Shown here one piece after another: positions 1 through 12,390 of a stretch of DNA of 64,000 nucleotides. The notes below the pieces were generated by a model. It saw only the letters and a program-made list of their open reading frames with translations, had not been told where the DNA came from and ran no database searches. The position numbers were made by a program, and so were the translations under genes. How positions within the stretch are numbered: the first letter of the stretch is position 1; each line of letters begins with the position of its first letter. The DNA lies in the NCBI GenBank assembly GCA_032718475.1, contig JAUCBJ010008795.1:1-64000 (forward strand). Reading direction: 5' to 3'. The DNA is from Nemertoderma westbladi. Lineage: Eukaryota > Animalia > Xenacoelomorpha.

Positions 1-175
1 GCGTAGTTTGTAACTTCCATTCCTGTCATTTACCGGTAGGGCCAGACTTACTGCCTTTTTAACAACTACGCGTAGGTGTTTTAAAACTACGCGTAGTTAT
101 TTTGGAACTACGCGTAGGTATTTTGAAACTACGCGTAGGTGCTACGCGTAGCTACGCGTAGGTGCTACGCGTAGC
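1..175. repeat. Cluster of palindromic CTACGCGTAG motifs (left cluster)
   Basis: About 7 copies of the 10-bp palindrome, often followed by GTG; inverted relative to the 911-1088 cluster. Confidence 0.85.
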
Positions 176-910
176 AGTCCTGATAACAATGATTTTTCAT
201 TTCAGGTCCGGTAGGGTTGAGTTGTTAGGCAAGTATCGGTATATGTCAGGTATCTGATTATCAGACAAATGGAATAACAGAATCGGAAACTCTATCTCTA
301 CATACAGCACTGGTAATAAATAATATTCGGCTCTTTCACATACAAACACAGGATGAATAAAAAGTAAACTTAAAATTCACGTCTCATGATTCAAGTATCT
401 TTGTTTCCATTGGATTATTTAAATATTCTACAGTAGTAAGCTACCAGTCTACCGGTGAAGTGGTTAAGCGAAAGCTGATAAATACTGCATATAATTCAAT
501 TGTTTGGTCAAATAACAAGTGCAACCAATCATGGTAGACAATTTAGTCTCCCCCTTCCCTTGTCAAGGGGTTAACATATTAAATATATCCTTGCCCTATC
601 GTGAACAAAGGCAATAAAAAGCATAGAGAATCGATAAGAACCATCGGCCTATTTCCTTTGTAAACTATTTTTGAACTCTAAACATTAATTATTAACACAT
701 TTTACCGCCCGCAACGCATGAAGTGAAGAATATGTAGTCTTAGCGTATTCCTCTATATAGAGTATACAGGTATAGGATCATTACTGTTGAAAGCATTTGA
801 TGGTTGTGGGTTGTTTATTGAACATACCGTATTGTGTCTTATTTTAGTACTGACGCGCTTGGAATACGTAGGCCTACTAATGATAAACGACGTATAGGCA
901 TAGTTATGGG

Positions 911-1088
911 TAGCACCTACGCGTAGGTCGCGTAGGACCTACGCGTAGCTACGCGTAGACCTACGCGTAGCACCTACGCGTAGCACCTACGCGTAGTTAT
1001 TGTTAAAACTCTGAAACTGGTGATATATGACCCAATGTTGCGAACTACGCGTAGCTACGCGTATCTACTCGTAGGCCTACGCGTAGGT
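911..1088. repeat. Cluster of palindromic CTACGCGTAG motifs (right cluster)
   Basis: About 9 copies, often preceded by CAC; probably subterminal repeats of a DNA transposon. Confidence 0.8.
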
Positions 1089-1240
1089 CGAAAAGATTTA
1101 CCCAGTAAAACTTATACAAAGTCAGAAAGTACATGTGATAGTAGGAGCCAAGCCAACCAGACATGCCTATTCAGATATTACTGTATTACTACCAGCTGAC
1201 CGGTATACATCATGTCCAGGAATTAGACATAGTGTCTGGA

Positions 1241-2173
1241 ATACACCATGTCCTGAAATATAGTGTCGTTATTCTGGTACATGGACCCCCCCCCCCAAAT
1301 TTGTCTACTTGGGTCTTTGGTCTTTATTTTGTACTCTACCAATGAGATTGCATGAAATTGAAACAGAGTTAGTTTCACCTCCCTACTCCTTACTGGGTGA
1401 GCTAGAATTTTTATTTTTGCTTCCAATCTTTAGCTACAAGCGTTTGAAAAAGGTATCTCCAGTGATATTTCACCAGTTAAACTGCAGTTATTCATGAACC
1501 TTATCGCGATTTGTTGGTAGAAATAGAAAGCTAACCATGCAAGGATTCCAAAAATGTAAAAATATTTGAATTTGGTTGTGAAATAGCTGAGATATGAGCG
1601 TTCAAAAGTTTCATGGTTTTGCACCTGCGTGAGGCTGTTTTATTCTATTAAATAAAAACACTATATTCTAGAACATTTTGTTTAATGTATGAATTGCTAC
1701 ATAATAGTACGTTAAAGAAGCATTGTGTTGTTGCCCAGCTACTTATGGGATAAACAAAATGTTCCAGAATAGATGTATTTATTAAAAGTAATAAATGGCG
1801 TTCAGGGGTAGCGAATACATGCAACATTCGAATGCCCATATCTCAGCTATTTCCGACGAAATTCAAATGTTTTTACATATTTCAAATCCTTACATGGTCA
1901 GCTTTCCATCAATACCTAAAAATCAATATAAGGTTGAAGAATAACTGCGGTGTAACTGGTGCAATATCGAATCGACGGAGACACTTTTTTCAAACGCTTG
2001 TAGCTAAAAAATGAAAGACGAAAATAAAAATTATGGCTCACCCAGCAAGTAGGAGGGAGGTAAACTATCCATTTTTCAAATTTCAGTCAATCTCATTAAG
2101 ATTTGTAGAAAACTTTTTGGGGGGTGGGTCCATTACCAGAATAACGACACTATATCCCAGGACATGGTGTATA
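1241..2173. mobile_element. Foldback/MITE with ~400-bp imperfect inverted arms
   Basis: TACACCATGTCCTGAAATATAGTGTCGTTATTCTGG at the left end is mirrored by CCAGAATAACGACACTATATCCCAGGACATGGTGTA at the right end. Internal arm motifs are also inverted (ctacaagcgtttgaaaaa / tttttcaaacgcttgtag). TA flanks suggest a Tc1/mariner-type target. Confidence 0.75.
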
Positions 2174-2194
2174 CTGTAGTGTAGGCCTAATATA

Positions 2195-2810
2195 CACGTT
2201 CGTGGGGACTTCGCGCAGCACGTAGTCGGCAAGCCTTGGCATACGGTCATATAGAGCAAATGGGGCATGTCTAGTTTGGACCCAATATCCCATGCTATAA
2301 ATGTATTCATTCGATATACAATCATATGTTAATCCGCTAGGTGGTGTCAAATTGTTATTCTGCAATTTCGTACTTACCAGTGCAGCCACTGTACAGCAGT
2401 ACCGTACCGGTAGGCCTATGTCATTACTTCTGAGTCTCTAGCGGATCCCCAATTAAATGTCTTAACTTTTCAATTTCGTAAAAGATAGACTTCATGATTC
2501 TGTACAGGCCACCAAAATTCAGCTCAGGAAAATGAGGCCTTCCCGAGAAATTTAACATTTCTAAAAACTACATAATCTGTCGTAGCTGACGTCAGACTGC
2601 ATGATTTTTCACCAAACTTTACAAACTTTCTAAACTTTCTCTCTACTACTTACCTACTAAGTTTGGTTCAATTCCGAACCAGCGATGCAGAGAAATTCGC
2701 GTTCAAACATTTACCAGACAGACGGACGGACAGACAGATAGACGGACATGCCCCATTTGCCCTATATGAACCGTATGCCAAGGCTCGCCGACTACGTGTC
2801 TCGCCCCACA
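2195..2810 (-). mobile_element. Non-autonomous element with ~55-bp subterminal inverted repeats and a CAGA/CGGA microsatellite (Helentron/DINE-1-like)
   Basis: CACGTAGTCGGCAAGCCTTGGCATACGG...GGGGCATGTC is inverted at ~2745-2798; microsatellite at ~2716-2747; ends shared with the 7954-8477 element. Confidence 0.65.
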
Positions 2811-2875
2811 GATATAGTACCGTAGTGGAATAGTGGAATATAGTCAGATAGTACTGTATGTATAAAGAATATAGT

Positions 2876-2950
2876 TACACCATTTCCTGGAATATAGTGT
2901 CGTTATTCAGGTACCTGGATATAGTGTCCGTTATTCATGTACCTGCCCCC

Positions 2951-2981
<31 letters not shown>

Positions 2982-5160
2982 ATTATACATCTTAAATAAT
3001 AATAATTAATGAGATTGCATGAAATTTGAAACAGAGATAGTTTCACTCACTCCTTTTGGGTGGGGGAGCCAGAATTGTTATTTTTGCGTTCGTTCTTTAG
3101 CTACAAGCGTTTAAAAAGTGTCTCCATCGATATTGCACTCAGTTACAGGTACAGCACAGTTATTATTCACCCTTATAGTGATTTGTTGGTACTACTGGAA
3201 AGCTGGCCATGTAAGGATTCCAAATATGTAAAAATATTTGAATTTGGTTGGGAAATAGCTGAGATATGGCATTCGAATGTTGCATGTATTTACTTGCGCT
3301 GGTGCCATTTATTCTATTAATAAATGAATAACATTCTCAGTGGCGTGCCGAGGGGGGGGGGGGGGGGGGGGGGGGGTCGGCGGGGTCTATTGCTCCCGGG
3401 CGAAAAAAATGGGGGGCGAAAAAATGTAAAAACAGACAGATACAGTTGATGGATTTTAGGGGGCGATTTAGCTATCCTCACCAGCTTTAGCGCTGCACAC
3501 ACATTAACCAAACCCAAAAATTGTTTTTCAATTAATTAGTCCTGTGTTATTTTGGTGTGCAAAAATATGGCTAGAATTGAAATCTGTATAGTATCCGTCA
3601 GTACCTGTGCCTGTACAGTACCATTGTACCTGTACATCACTAAATTGGGTGGCTATTAACAGGGCCGGTGTAATGACTTGGCGACCCGGGTGCACTGTTC
3701 CACAGCCGCACCCCCGCCCAGTATTTATATTATGTATTTTTCAACTTAATAAAATGAACTAAATAAAACAAATGGAAAAATAAATTATAATTTTTTTCCC
3801 CATGTAATACGAAATTATTTTCTGAAAAATAGGTACTTTTCGTTGATTAACCCTATTTGGCCCGGGGTGGGCGGTCATTTTATAATTGTTTTGTAGTTTA
3901 TATGTATTATTGAGTCAGATTTGTTTGTAAAACCGAGATGTCGTGACCTTTACTAAAATTTATTAGGCTATCCAACAGCGAAAACGCTGTACATGTTTAC
4001 TGTACATTAGGGTGGTCCTTATTTCAATGTAAGATTTAAAAGTTGTGGAAATTCTCCTCTGACCCCCCCAAGTCCTTTCTTCTAATAAAAAAACACCTTG
4101 AGTAAAAGTTGAGCACAAATGATATATATTTAGAGGTAGCTCAAACACCCTGAAGTTGAGCGTTTGGACACCATTTGATCGCGCGCGCAGAATATAATGG
4201 AGTTTGCTGATATGAAGGCTTCTATTTGTTGTACAGAGTTAATTTTAGGCTTATTTGAACCGCAGTCATCGATTTAGTGGGTGTAGATACCTTCAAAACA
4301 AGTGCTAAGCTAGTAGTTCTTGAGATATCACACAAAAGCTTATGGGTCGTGTACATGGCTATGTTAGTTTTCGTGTTGTGGTCCATTTCTGACACACATC
4401 TCCAGTATTTTTCGTGTTTAAATTTTCCAAAGTTTTTATAGTTCACTAAAATTTATTTATTTGCGGTATATATCGGTTTTTTGGATGCTGATCAAGATTA
4501 TAGAACTCAAATAAAACATTCGAGAAAATTATTTGTAATTTTAAAAGTGCGGGGCCCTGGGGCATGAAAAACAAGTAGTGGAAATATGATAATGAAAAAT
4601 CACACGAATTCAAATTGATTTTATGACCATGTGATTTTATGATATTAGGGGTTTTCTGGGATTCTGATCACGAATATGACACTAAAATATAGGGCCGATC
4701 GTACAGTATTATCCAACCAAATTCGTTTTTGCCGTTTGAAATTTTACGCTACTTGTTTTTTTCGTCCCTCAGACAAGCACCAAAAATAATAGTTATGTTA
4801 CCATAAATTATTTTAACGAGTTGTATCGTGATCAGCATTTGTTATTTTTTTTTTTAATTTTAACTTGCAAAATTTGCAATTTTTACAGTTTGAAAATGTT
4901 TTCTTCGGGGTGGGGGGCGAAAAATCCACTCTTGCCCCCGGGCGCACGAATGCCTCGGGACGCCCCTGTACATTCTGGAACATTTTGTTTATCTCATAAG
5001 TACTTCATAATACTAGTATATGGATATTCCTACATAACCAAAATGTTCTAGAACATTGTGTATTTAATTAATAAATAGAATAAATAAGAAAATGGCCTGC
5101 GGCACAAGTGAATAACGACATTATACAGGGATACAACTATATTCCAGGACATGGTGTATA
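2876..5160. mobile_element. Second copy of the foldback MITE family, interrupted by an insertion; right arm partly deleted
   Basis: 2876-3337 matches ~1241-1670. Similarity resumes at 4969 (cattctggaacattttg) and ends in TTCCAGGACATGGTGTATA. Confidence 0.7.
3338..4968. mobile_element. Non-autonomous hAT-like DNA transposon nested in the MITE
   Basis: TIRs CAGTGGCGTGCCGAGG / CCTCGGGACGCCCCTG (14/16 match). 8-bp TSD aacattct (3330-3337) / tacattct (4969-4976). No transposase ORF; probably contains further nested fragments near 3660 and 4005. Confidence 0.75.
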
Positions 5161-5224
5161 CAATATAAACCAGTAAAGCCTACTGCAGTACTGCAGGTAC
5201 TGCCGCGGAAGAGTCCCACAAGAA

Positions 5225-5680
5225 ATGAAAACAAATAAGTTGGTGCCAGTTCGCAAGAAGGGCAACCTAACACTCTATGGTTCTTTTCGGGGAATTTCAT
5301 TGATCTCGATTGCTGCAAAACTATACAATAGAATTCTATTAAATCGCATCAGGGATCCCATTGAGAGACTGCTCCGTGGAAATCAGAATGGGTTCCGTAA
5401 AGGTCGTGGGACCATGGAGCCCATTTTGGCACTTAGAAGGATAATTGAAGAATTATCAAAAAAGAAAGACAGGCATCTGGCTGTTATCTTTGTTGACTTC
5501 TTCAAGGCCTTTGATTCAGTCTCTCGCTCACGTATGTTCAGCATACTTTCATTATATGGGATTCCTGATGAAATTATTGCAGCAATCAGATCAGTATACG
5601 ATGGTTCGACAACATTTGTGTCTACTGTTGACGGTGACACAGAACCATTTGAAGTGTTATGGGGCGTGCTTAAAGAGCTG
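5225..5680 (+). mobile_element. Non-LTR retrotransposon (RTE-like) reverse transcriptase fragment
   Basis: KKGNL...FRGISLISIAAKLYNRILLNRI, QNGFRKGR and FVDFFKAFDSV motifs; truncated before the YADD motif. Confidence 0.9.
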
Positions 5681-6055
5681 TACATTAAATTATCCAATTC
5701 CTTTTGTAACTAACTGGGCAGAATGTTGGGCACCTTAAGATGCGTCTTTGCTTGAAAGCTATGCAGTATGCAGTTCGACAGCAATCAATTAATTTTAAAC
5801 CAATAAACCTTACAAAATGACAATAAAACCTCCAAAATATAGAAATGGGTCGTGTACCTAAGGCAACCTGTAGTCTTTGTAAATCTTGTAAACAAAATGA
5901 TATTTTAATTTCATCAAATCTGGTTGTATTATATTATTATGCAGAGATATGGCACCAAAACAAAGTTACAATATTTAGTCAGCTGGCTGAGTAACAACAA
6001 TACAAAGTCTCACTGAATTAAAACCGCATTAAGGTCTGCCATTATTCTACTACAT

Positions 6056-7861
6056 CTAATCGCTATCGAATGATTTCTTTGTCCCCTGGTAGGTCTGTAT
6101 CCCGACCTTCTGTCTGGGTGTCCCGGCGCCCCGTCCGCCCCTGAACCCGCCTCCTCTGTCCCCCCTACCGCGCCCGCGCCCACCGAACCCACCCCGCCCA
6201 CCACCTCGCCCTCCATCATCCCGTCGAGGCGTCTTCATCTCCACCCGAACTCGCGTCCCATCGATCTCGCAACCCTGCCCGACTCCGTCCAGCGCGCGGC
6301 GAGCCTCGCCGCTGTCTGAGAAGTCTATGAACGCCATCCCCGGTCGACTGGGGTCCTGGTTCAATATCTTTACCGACGAACAATTCGGGAACTTCTCGTA
6401 CAACATATCGTCGGTTGTTCCCTGTGTGAGTCCGAACATCTTGAGACTGTTTGTGTCGTCTGATCCTCTGGAGAAGCCACCCCGTCCCCGACCGCGGTCC
6501 CCACCGCCACCTCGACCGAAGTCGCCGCGTCTCGGCGTCATCATCTTAACTTCGACGGAATGACTGTCGATCTGGAACCCGTCCGGGAGGCCGTTAAGGA
6601 CCTTCCTAGCGGTGGCGGCGTCCGGGAAGTTCACGAAGGCCATAGCGGGACGAGTCGGGTCGTTATTGAAGACTTTAGCGCGCGTGCACCCGGGGAACTT
6701 CTCATAGAGAGCGTCCTCGGTGCAGTCGACCGGGAGGCCAAACAGCTTGAGGCCGTCGGTGTCGTCGTCGTTCCCGAAACTCTCGTTGAACCCGGAACGA
6801 TTCGCGGCCACCACGCCACGTCCCGCTCCGAACGGGAACTGGGGTTTCTTAGCGACGACTTCCATCGCTTTATTGTGGAACTCCATGGACCAGTTGTAGG
6901 AAGTAACGGGCTGCTCCTTGAACTCAGCCATAGCGCTATCGGCGTCCGCCTGACTGGCGAACTGCGTTAGAACACCGTCCTCCTGCCACGGGTTGCACTT
7001 CTTACAACTTATTCCTTTACTCTCCAAAATCAACCGCATTTCTTTAGAGAATGATTTAACCCTCTGCGGCTTCCAGATTATTTCAACTGGTTTCTCAACT
7101 ATACTTTCTTTTACACTTTCAACTGCTTTGCTAGTTGGCACTTTGTCTTCTTCACTGGACGAATCTTCGGAATCCTCTTCCATTTCTTCATCTTGTTGTT
7201 TTCCATTGATTTTATTATCATCTTCATCAGAATCGGATTCATCATCTGATGATTCAGATTCAACGGTTTTCTTAGGAACCGCAGGTTTACTTAACTTCCC
7301 ATTGTCAATGTTTGGTTTAACATTCTCAGCTTCATCAGAATCGGAATCATCATCTGATGATTCAGATTCAACGGTTTTCTTAGGAACCGCAGGTTTACTT
7401 AACTTCCCATTGGCAATGTTTGGTTTCACATTCTCAGCTTCATCATCAGACGACTCAGTGTCATCGCTATTCTCACTGTCTCCGTCCTTCGCAACGGGAA
7501 CTGGATTCGGTTTACTTGCTGTTTTATTAGATTGTTTGACTTTCGGGGGTTCGTCCTCGTCTGAGCTAGACTCCTCGGATTCCGACGAATCCTTAGTCGG
7601 TTGTTTCACTAACGATTGTTGATTAGGCCTAGCCGGTACCGGTACTACCGGTTTCGACTCCCGAATTATGATGTCATCACCGGAAGAAGATTCCTCCGAG
7701 CTGCTATCCTCCGGAGTTGGCGGTCGTTTTACTTTTTTACTCCGTTTCGCTTTTTTATTCTGCGATTCCAAATCAGATGTATTAACATCGAGTTTACGTT
7801 TTTTAGGACTCCCGGTTATTGCGGGTGACGGTGTTGGCTTTTCCTTCTTACTTTTAACCAT
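6056..7861 (-). CDS. NCL: Nucleolin/NSR1-like nucleolar RNA-binding protein (601 aa, intronless)
   Basis: MVK start and alternating basic and Ser/Asp/Glu-rich blocks. Two clear RRMs (LKLFGL...AMAFVNF; LKMFGL...GMAFIDF) plus one degenerate RRM, RGG/GAR tracts, and a nucleolin-type tail GTKKSFDSD. Confidence 0.8.
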   Translation of the reverse strand: MVKSKKEKPTPSPAITGSPKKRKLDVNTSDLESQNKKAKRSKKVKRPPTPEDSSSEESSSGDDIIIRESKPVVPVPARPNQQSLVKQPTKDSSESEESSSDEDEPPKVKQSNKTASKPNPVPVAKDGDSENSDDTESSDDEAENVKPNIANGKLSKPAVPKKTVESESSDDDSDSDEAENVKPNIDNGKLSKPAVPKKTVESESSDDESDSDEDDNKINGKQQDEEMEEDSEDSSSEEDKVPTSKAVESVKESIVEKPVEIIWKPQRVKSFSKEMRLILESKGISCKKCNPWQEDGVLTQFASQADADSAMAEFKEQPVTSYNWSMEFHNKAMEVVAKKPQFPFGAGRGVVAANRSGFNESFGNDDDTDGLKLFGLPVDCTEDALYEKFPGCTRAKVFNNDPTRPAMAFVNFPDAATARKVLNGLPDGFQIDSHSVEVKMMTPRRGDFGRGGGGDRGRGRGGFSRGSDDTNSLKMFGLTQGTTDDMLYEKFPNCSSVKILNQDPSRPGMAFIDFSDSGEARRALDGVGQGCEIDGTRVRVEMKTPRRDDGGRGGGRGGFGGRGRGRGDRGGGFRGGRGAGTPRQKVGIQTYQGTKKSFDSD

Positions 7862-7953
7862 TTTGGTGGAATGTTCTGTCAGTGTTCAGCTTGGAGGTTG
7901 CGTGGGTGGGTATTTGTTTCTACCGACAATAGTACTGTACAGCTGTAGTACAT

Positions 7954-8477
7954 GTGGGGCGAGCCACGAAGTTGGCGGAGCCTTAGCGAATTGACACTGT
8001 TAGGGGGTGGGTCAATTTATGCAAATAGTTGTCGTCGTCGTCGTCGTCGTCGTTGTCGTCGTCGTCGTTGTCGTCGTCGTCGTTGTCGTCGTCGTTACGA
8101 TTTTGACATGCTAATAACTTTGTCGGATTTAAAGCTGCCAAGTTGAAAATTTGTAGGTATCAATATGAGCAAAAGTTGAGATTTTTGAGAGACTTTCAGA
8201 CACCATCAGTGCAATGGTCTCCCGCTAGAGGGCCACATGTCTAAACATTAAATGCCCTCCCATTTCTTTGCTTTTAATCCGTTTAAGCTGAAACTTGGCA
8301 GATATGTATTAGACCATTAGCTGTGACTTTCAAAGGAGGCGAATCCATCTGCAGTTCTCCAGTCTGCCGCTAGAGGGCCAACGTGACTATTTGCATAAAT
8401 TGACCTACCCCCTAACAGTGTCAATTCGCTAAGGCTCTGCCAACTTCGTGCTGCGCGAAGTCCCCACTTCGTGTAGT
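7954..8477 (+). mobile_element. Helentron/DINE-1-like non-autonomous element with subterminal inverted repeats, (GTC)n microsatellite and 3' hairpin
   Basis: CACGAAGTTGGCGGAGCCTTAGCGAATTGACACTGTTAGGGGG...GCAAATAGT is inverted at ~8386-8450; (GTC)n at ~8030-8095; terminal hairpin CGAAGT-CCCC-ACTTCG. Confidence 0.7.
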
Positions 8478-8702
8478 AGTACACACACAGTAGTCAGTGT
8501 GCTTGTGCTGTGAATCCGGGGGTGTGTTGATGCTGTTGATGTGTCAACTGCCTGACAGCTATACTGGGCTGTGATGTAGTGGTCTACCTACAACTGACCT
8601 CTGCTGCTCTGGCAGTCTGGGTGTTATGTTATGTTGTATTACAGTGTTATGTTATGTTATATGTTATTAATGTCGCCAGAACAATAATAAAATCAATTGC
8701 AC

Positions 8703-8728
8703 ATAATAATAATAATAATAATAATAAT
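8703..8728. repeat. (AAT)n microsatellite
   Basis: Direct reading. Confidence 0.9.
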
Positions 8729-9024
8729 TTCTTTTATTCTCAAACTCGACATACAAAGTAAAAACCGAGGCGGTTAACGTGAAGGCAAACAAACTGATAA
8801 TTGCGAGAATAAGTGTCAACATTAAAAGCCTGTCTTAGACAGGTTAGTACTTAGATACCGTACCAATACACTAAGTAGTTGTATAATTATTTATATAAAT
8901 TAAAAATATATTGTTACTACACTAACCAATACAATTACATAAACCAAACAGAAGCACATCTGGCAAAGTACGCTAGTGAGCGTATAGAAATTATAAAGAA
9001 AGTATATGCTAATGCCCACTGTAC

Positions 9025-9435
9025 GCATATTATATTATATTATATAGGCCTACTGTACATATATTAGGCCTACTGTACATATATTATATTATATAGGCCT
9101 ACTGTACATATATTAGGCCTACTGTACATATATTACATTATATAGGCCTACTGTACATATATTAGGCCTACTGTACATATATTATATTATATAGGCCTAC
9201 TGTACATATTATATTATATAGGCCTACTGTACATATATTATATTATATAGGCCTACTGTACATATATTATATTATATGGGCCTACTGTACATATATTATA
9301 TTATATAGGCCTACTGTACATATATTATATTATATAGGCCTACTGTACATATATTAGGCCTACTGTACATATATTATATTATATAGGCCTAATGTACATT
9401 ATATTATATAGGCCTACTGTACATATATTATATAT
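9025..9435. repeat. AT-rich minisatellite with 19/29-bp units (core TAGGCCTACTGTACATATAT)
   Basis: About 15 tandem copies with variable TATAT spacers. Confidence 0.9.
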
Positions 9436-11939
9436 GTCTTTACAATGGCAAATAAAACACATTTTAAAAGTCAATTAGATAATCAATTAAGATTATACAC
9501 GCTAAAAACAGATGAAACACATATTTATACAGGAAAGGTACAGTAATTTGAAATATTCAATAGAAAGTATAATAAACACACAATTAGGGCAAAAATATAA
9601 CTTCAAACGGATCTTTAAATAAAAAATTAAAAATATTTACACGTCTACAAGTTTACACGTATTTATCCGGCAGACCTTGAGGGGAATAACATCGGGTGGC
9701 CTACAGGATAACCCTGTTAGTATAAAGACATTCGCGAACAAGGTCGAGAAGGTGCTCATTGTGCTAAAGACGCTAGACGCGCCATACGAACTCAACGCAT
9801 CGAATAACATCACCACGATAGCGCAGGCACTGCCGATCTGGCTAAGGAACAAATGGAGGAAGATCGCCTTCTCCACCCGGGAGAAGAAAGGTGCGGAACC
9901 GGGCCTAGAGGAAATGTCGAACTTCCTCAACTACGAAGCAGAGTTGATTACAGACCCAGTCTACAGTGAGGATAGTTTGGGGAAGGCGCCAAAAGCGGAA
10001 TACAACAGCAGATGCATTCCCGAGAATGAGACAGTCGCTACCACATGAGGCCACGCAGGGGACTACAAGTCCACAGTTAGCCGGGAGTAGGGCCACACCG
10101 TGGCAGGGACAGAAACAAAATAACAACACGAACAAACATAATCCCAATACACCCAGTAGGTCGAGTCCAAATAACCAAAACACTAAACCGGTAGATATGA
10201 ATCTACGCGCGATACGTGAAGGGCTATACAGGGAGCGCTACAATCCAGGATACGAATGTCAATTGCATAGGGATGGGACCCATAAGACCATGAGTTGTAA
10301 GCATTGGCAAGCGTTGCCTAAACAAGATCGGGTAGCCTACGCGGATACAAACGGTCTATGTCATCGATGCGTGGTAGAAGGACACAGATTCGGGGAGTGT
10401 AGAGAAACACCGACAGAATATGACGAGACTGGAGGCCAAACAATGGCTACGAGCACGACGGTAGCAAGGAGAAAGAGGAAAGTACTACTCGGGGTAGTAC
10501 CAGTGAGGATAACAGGAAAGGGCGGCCGATCAGTCACAACATTGATGCTGGTCGACAGCGGAGCAGCCTTCACGCTGGTGGAGAATTGGGTGGCCGAGGA
10601 GATATGGTTACAGACGAGGCCGAGTAGGATGGCGGTAACTACTATCTCGAGTAAGGATGAGGTCCTGGAGATGAGGACGGGATGGTGCGAGATATCAGCA
10701 ATAGCACCAGGATGTGACTATGGGGCGACCATCGACCCCATACAGATAATAGAATATATCAATATAAATGCCAGGAGACCCACCAGGATCGAGGTCGAGC
10801 AATACTGGTTCCTGGACGATATTGATTTCTCAATACTGGAAGTGGACGTCTCGAAGGTATCCATCATAGTCGGAATGGATTGCCCGACGGCCCACGAGAG
10901 AGTATAAGAACCATATTCGGAGAGAATAAGCAGCGGGATCCGACGGCGATTCTCACGCCGTTCGGGTGGATGCTTAGCGGCCCAATTAAAACCAAGATTC
11001 CATCCAGGGTGTCGGAGACATCAGGGCGCATGCTATCAGGCACCGTTAAGGACGAGAGGAGAAACCAGAGACGGGCGATGGGGAGGTCCCATGTGAGAAG
11101 CGGCCCGGGGAAGGATACCAGGAGTTGGGTATGGATCTGGAACCACGCATAGTGGAGCGTGGTGAAAGGATAGAGGATAGTTCCAGAGAAATACCGTCAG
11201 TAGATGAATTAGGAGGGGAAGCTACAGCAAGAGAGTGGGCGGAGGAGAATGGATTCGACGCGGAAGACTTAGAGACGATGGGATGGAACAAGGATGTTCC
11301 CGGCAAGTATCGGTATGAGGATGGAGAAGAGTGGACGGCGAGATGTCCGGAGAAGTGTCCGGAGGAGACGCCGGTCCGGTTGAGAGGCATACCGAAAAGG
11401 GGGAGGTCAAATAAGAAGACAGGGTGGAAAGGGATAGGATTACTATTATCCATTCTGTTCTATCTATTCTTTCGATTTCTTTTCATTCTACCACCGGACG
11501 ACAAGATGAAGGTGGCATTTTGCTGCCAGGGGACCATGAGGAAATTAAGAAGGCGACCGAAAGACCCGATTTTAGGGTGATGAAGGAGGGAGAATCAATT
11601 CCTAGAGAGTTGGAATTGGCAAGGAGAGTGTGGCGAAGGATAAGAGGACCTACAGGGGGGCAGTTGGAGAGTGCCTGCTGGAAGAATCGCCCTTGAAGTT
11701 TAGTCATCCAATATGTTGGACTGAGGGGGGTGGGAATGAGGGCGAGACGCCCTTCTCACACATAAATAAAATATAAATAATAAGAAAATAATAAAATAAG
11801 TAGCGAGATAGTAGAAAGTTAGAAAGTAATAGTAGTAGATAGTACGTAGCACTAGGTAGTAGTTAGAAGTTAGTAGAAGTTAGTAAGAAGTAAGGAGTTA
11901 GAAAGTTAGTATAAGTTAGTAAGAGTAAGAGGAGAGTTA

Positions 11940-12390
11940 GAAGTAGGCAGAAGTATAGGGAGTGTGGTATATAAACATATCACGGGAGTAGGAGGGTACA
12001 TAGTACCGTTAGAGTTAGAAGTAGGCAGAGGATAGGCAGTGTGGTATATTGACATACCACGAGTAGTAGCAGGGTACATAGTACCGAGAGAGTTAGAGGT
12101 TGTGGGCACCGAAAGCGCCATATAGAAAGAGAGTTGGTATGGTATGTAGGTATACCATAGAGGTAGTAGCAGAGGGGTTGTGGGCACCGAAAGCGCCACG
12201 TAGTAAGAGAGTAGAGGGTATGGTATGTAGGTATACCATAGAGGTAGTAGCAGAGGGGTTGTGGGCACCGAAAGCGCCACGTAGTGAGAGAGTGAAGGGT
12301 GTGGTATGTAGGTATTAGGTAGTAGCATTATGTAGGTAGTAGCAGTATTAGGGTAAATAGTACCATAGAAGTTAGAAGTTGTGGGCACCT
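11940..12390. repeat. Imperfect ~66-bp tandem repeats in the element's 3' region
   Basis: Recurrent GTTGTGGGCACCGAAAGCGCCA...GGTATGTAGGTATACCATAGAGGTAGTAGCAG. Confidence 0.8.

Noticed and set aside
2946-3376. Long poly-C and poly-G tracts as functional G-quadruplexes
   Set aside because: They lie within MITEs, and homopolymer lengths are unreliable
6327-7994. + strand ORFs overlapping nucleolin
   Set aside because: Antisense shadows of low-complexity coding sequence
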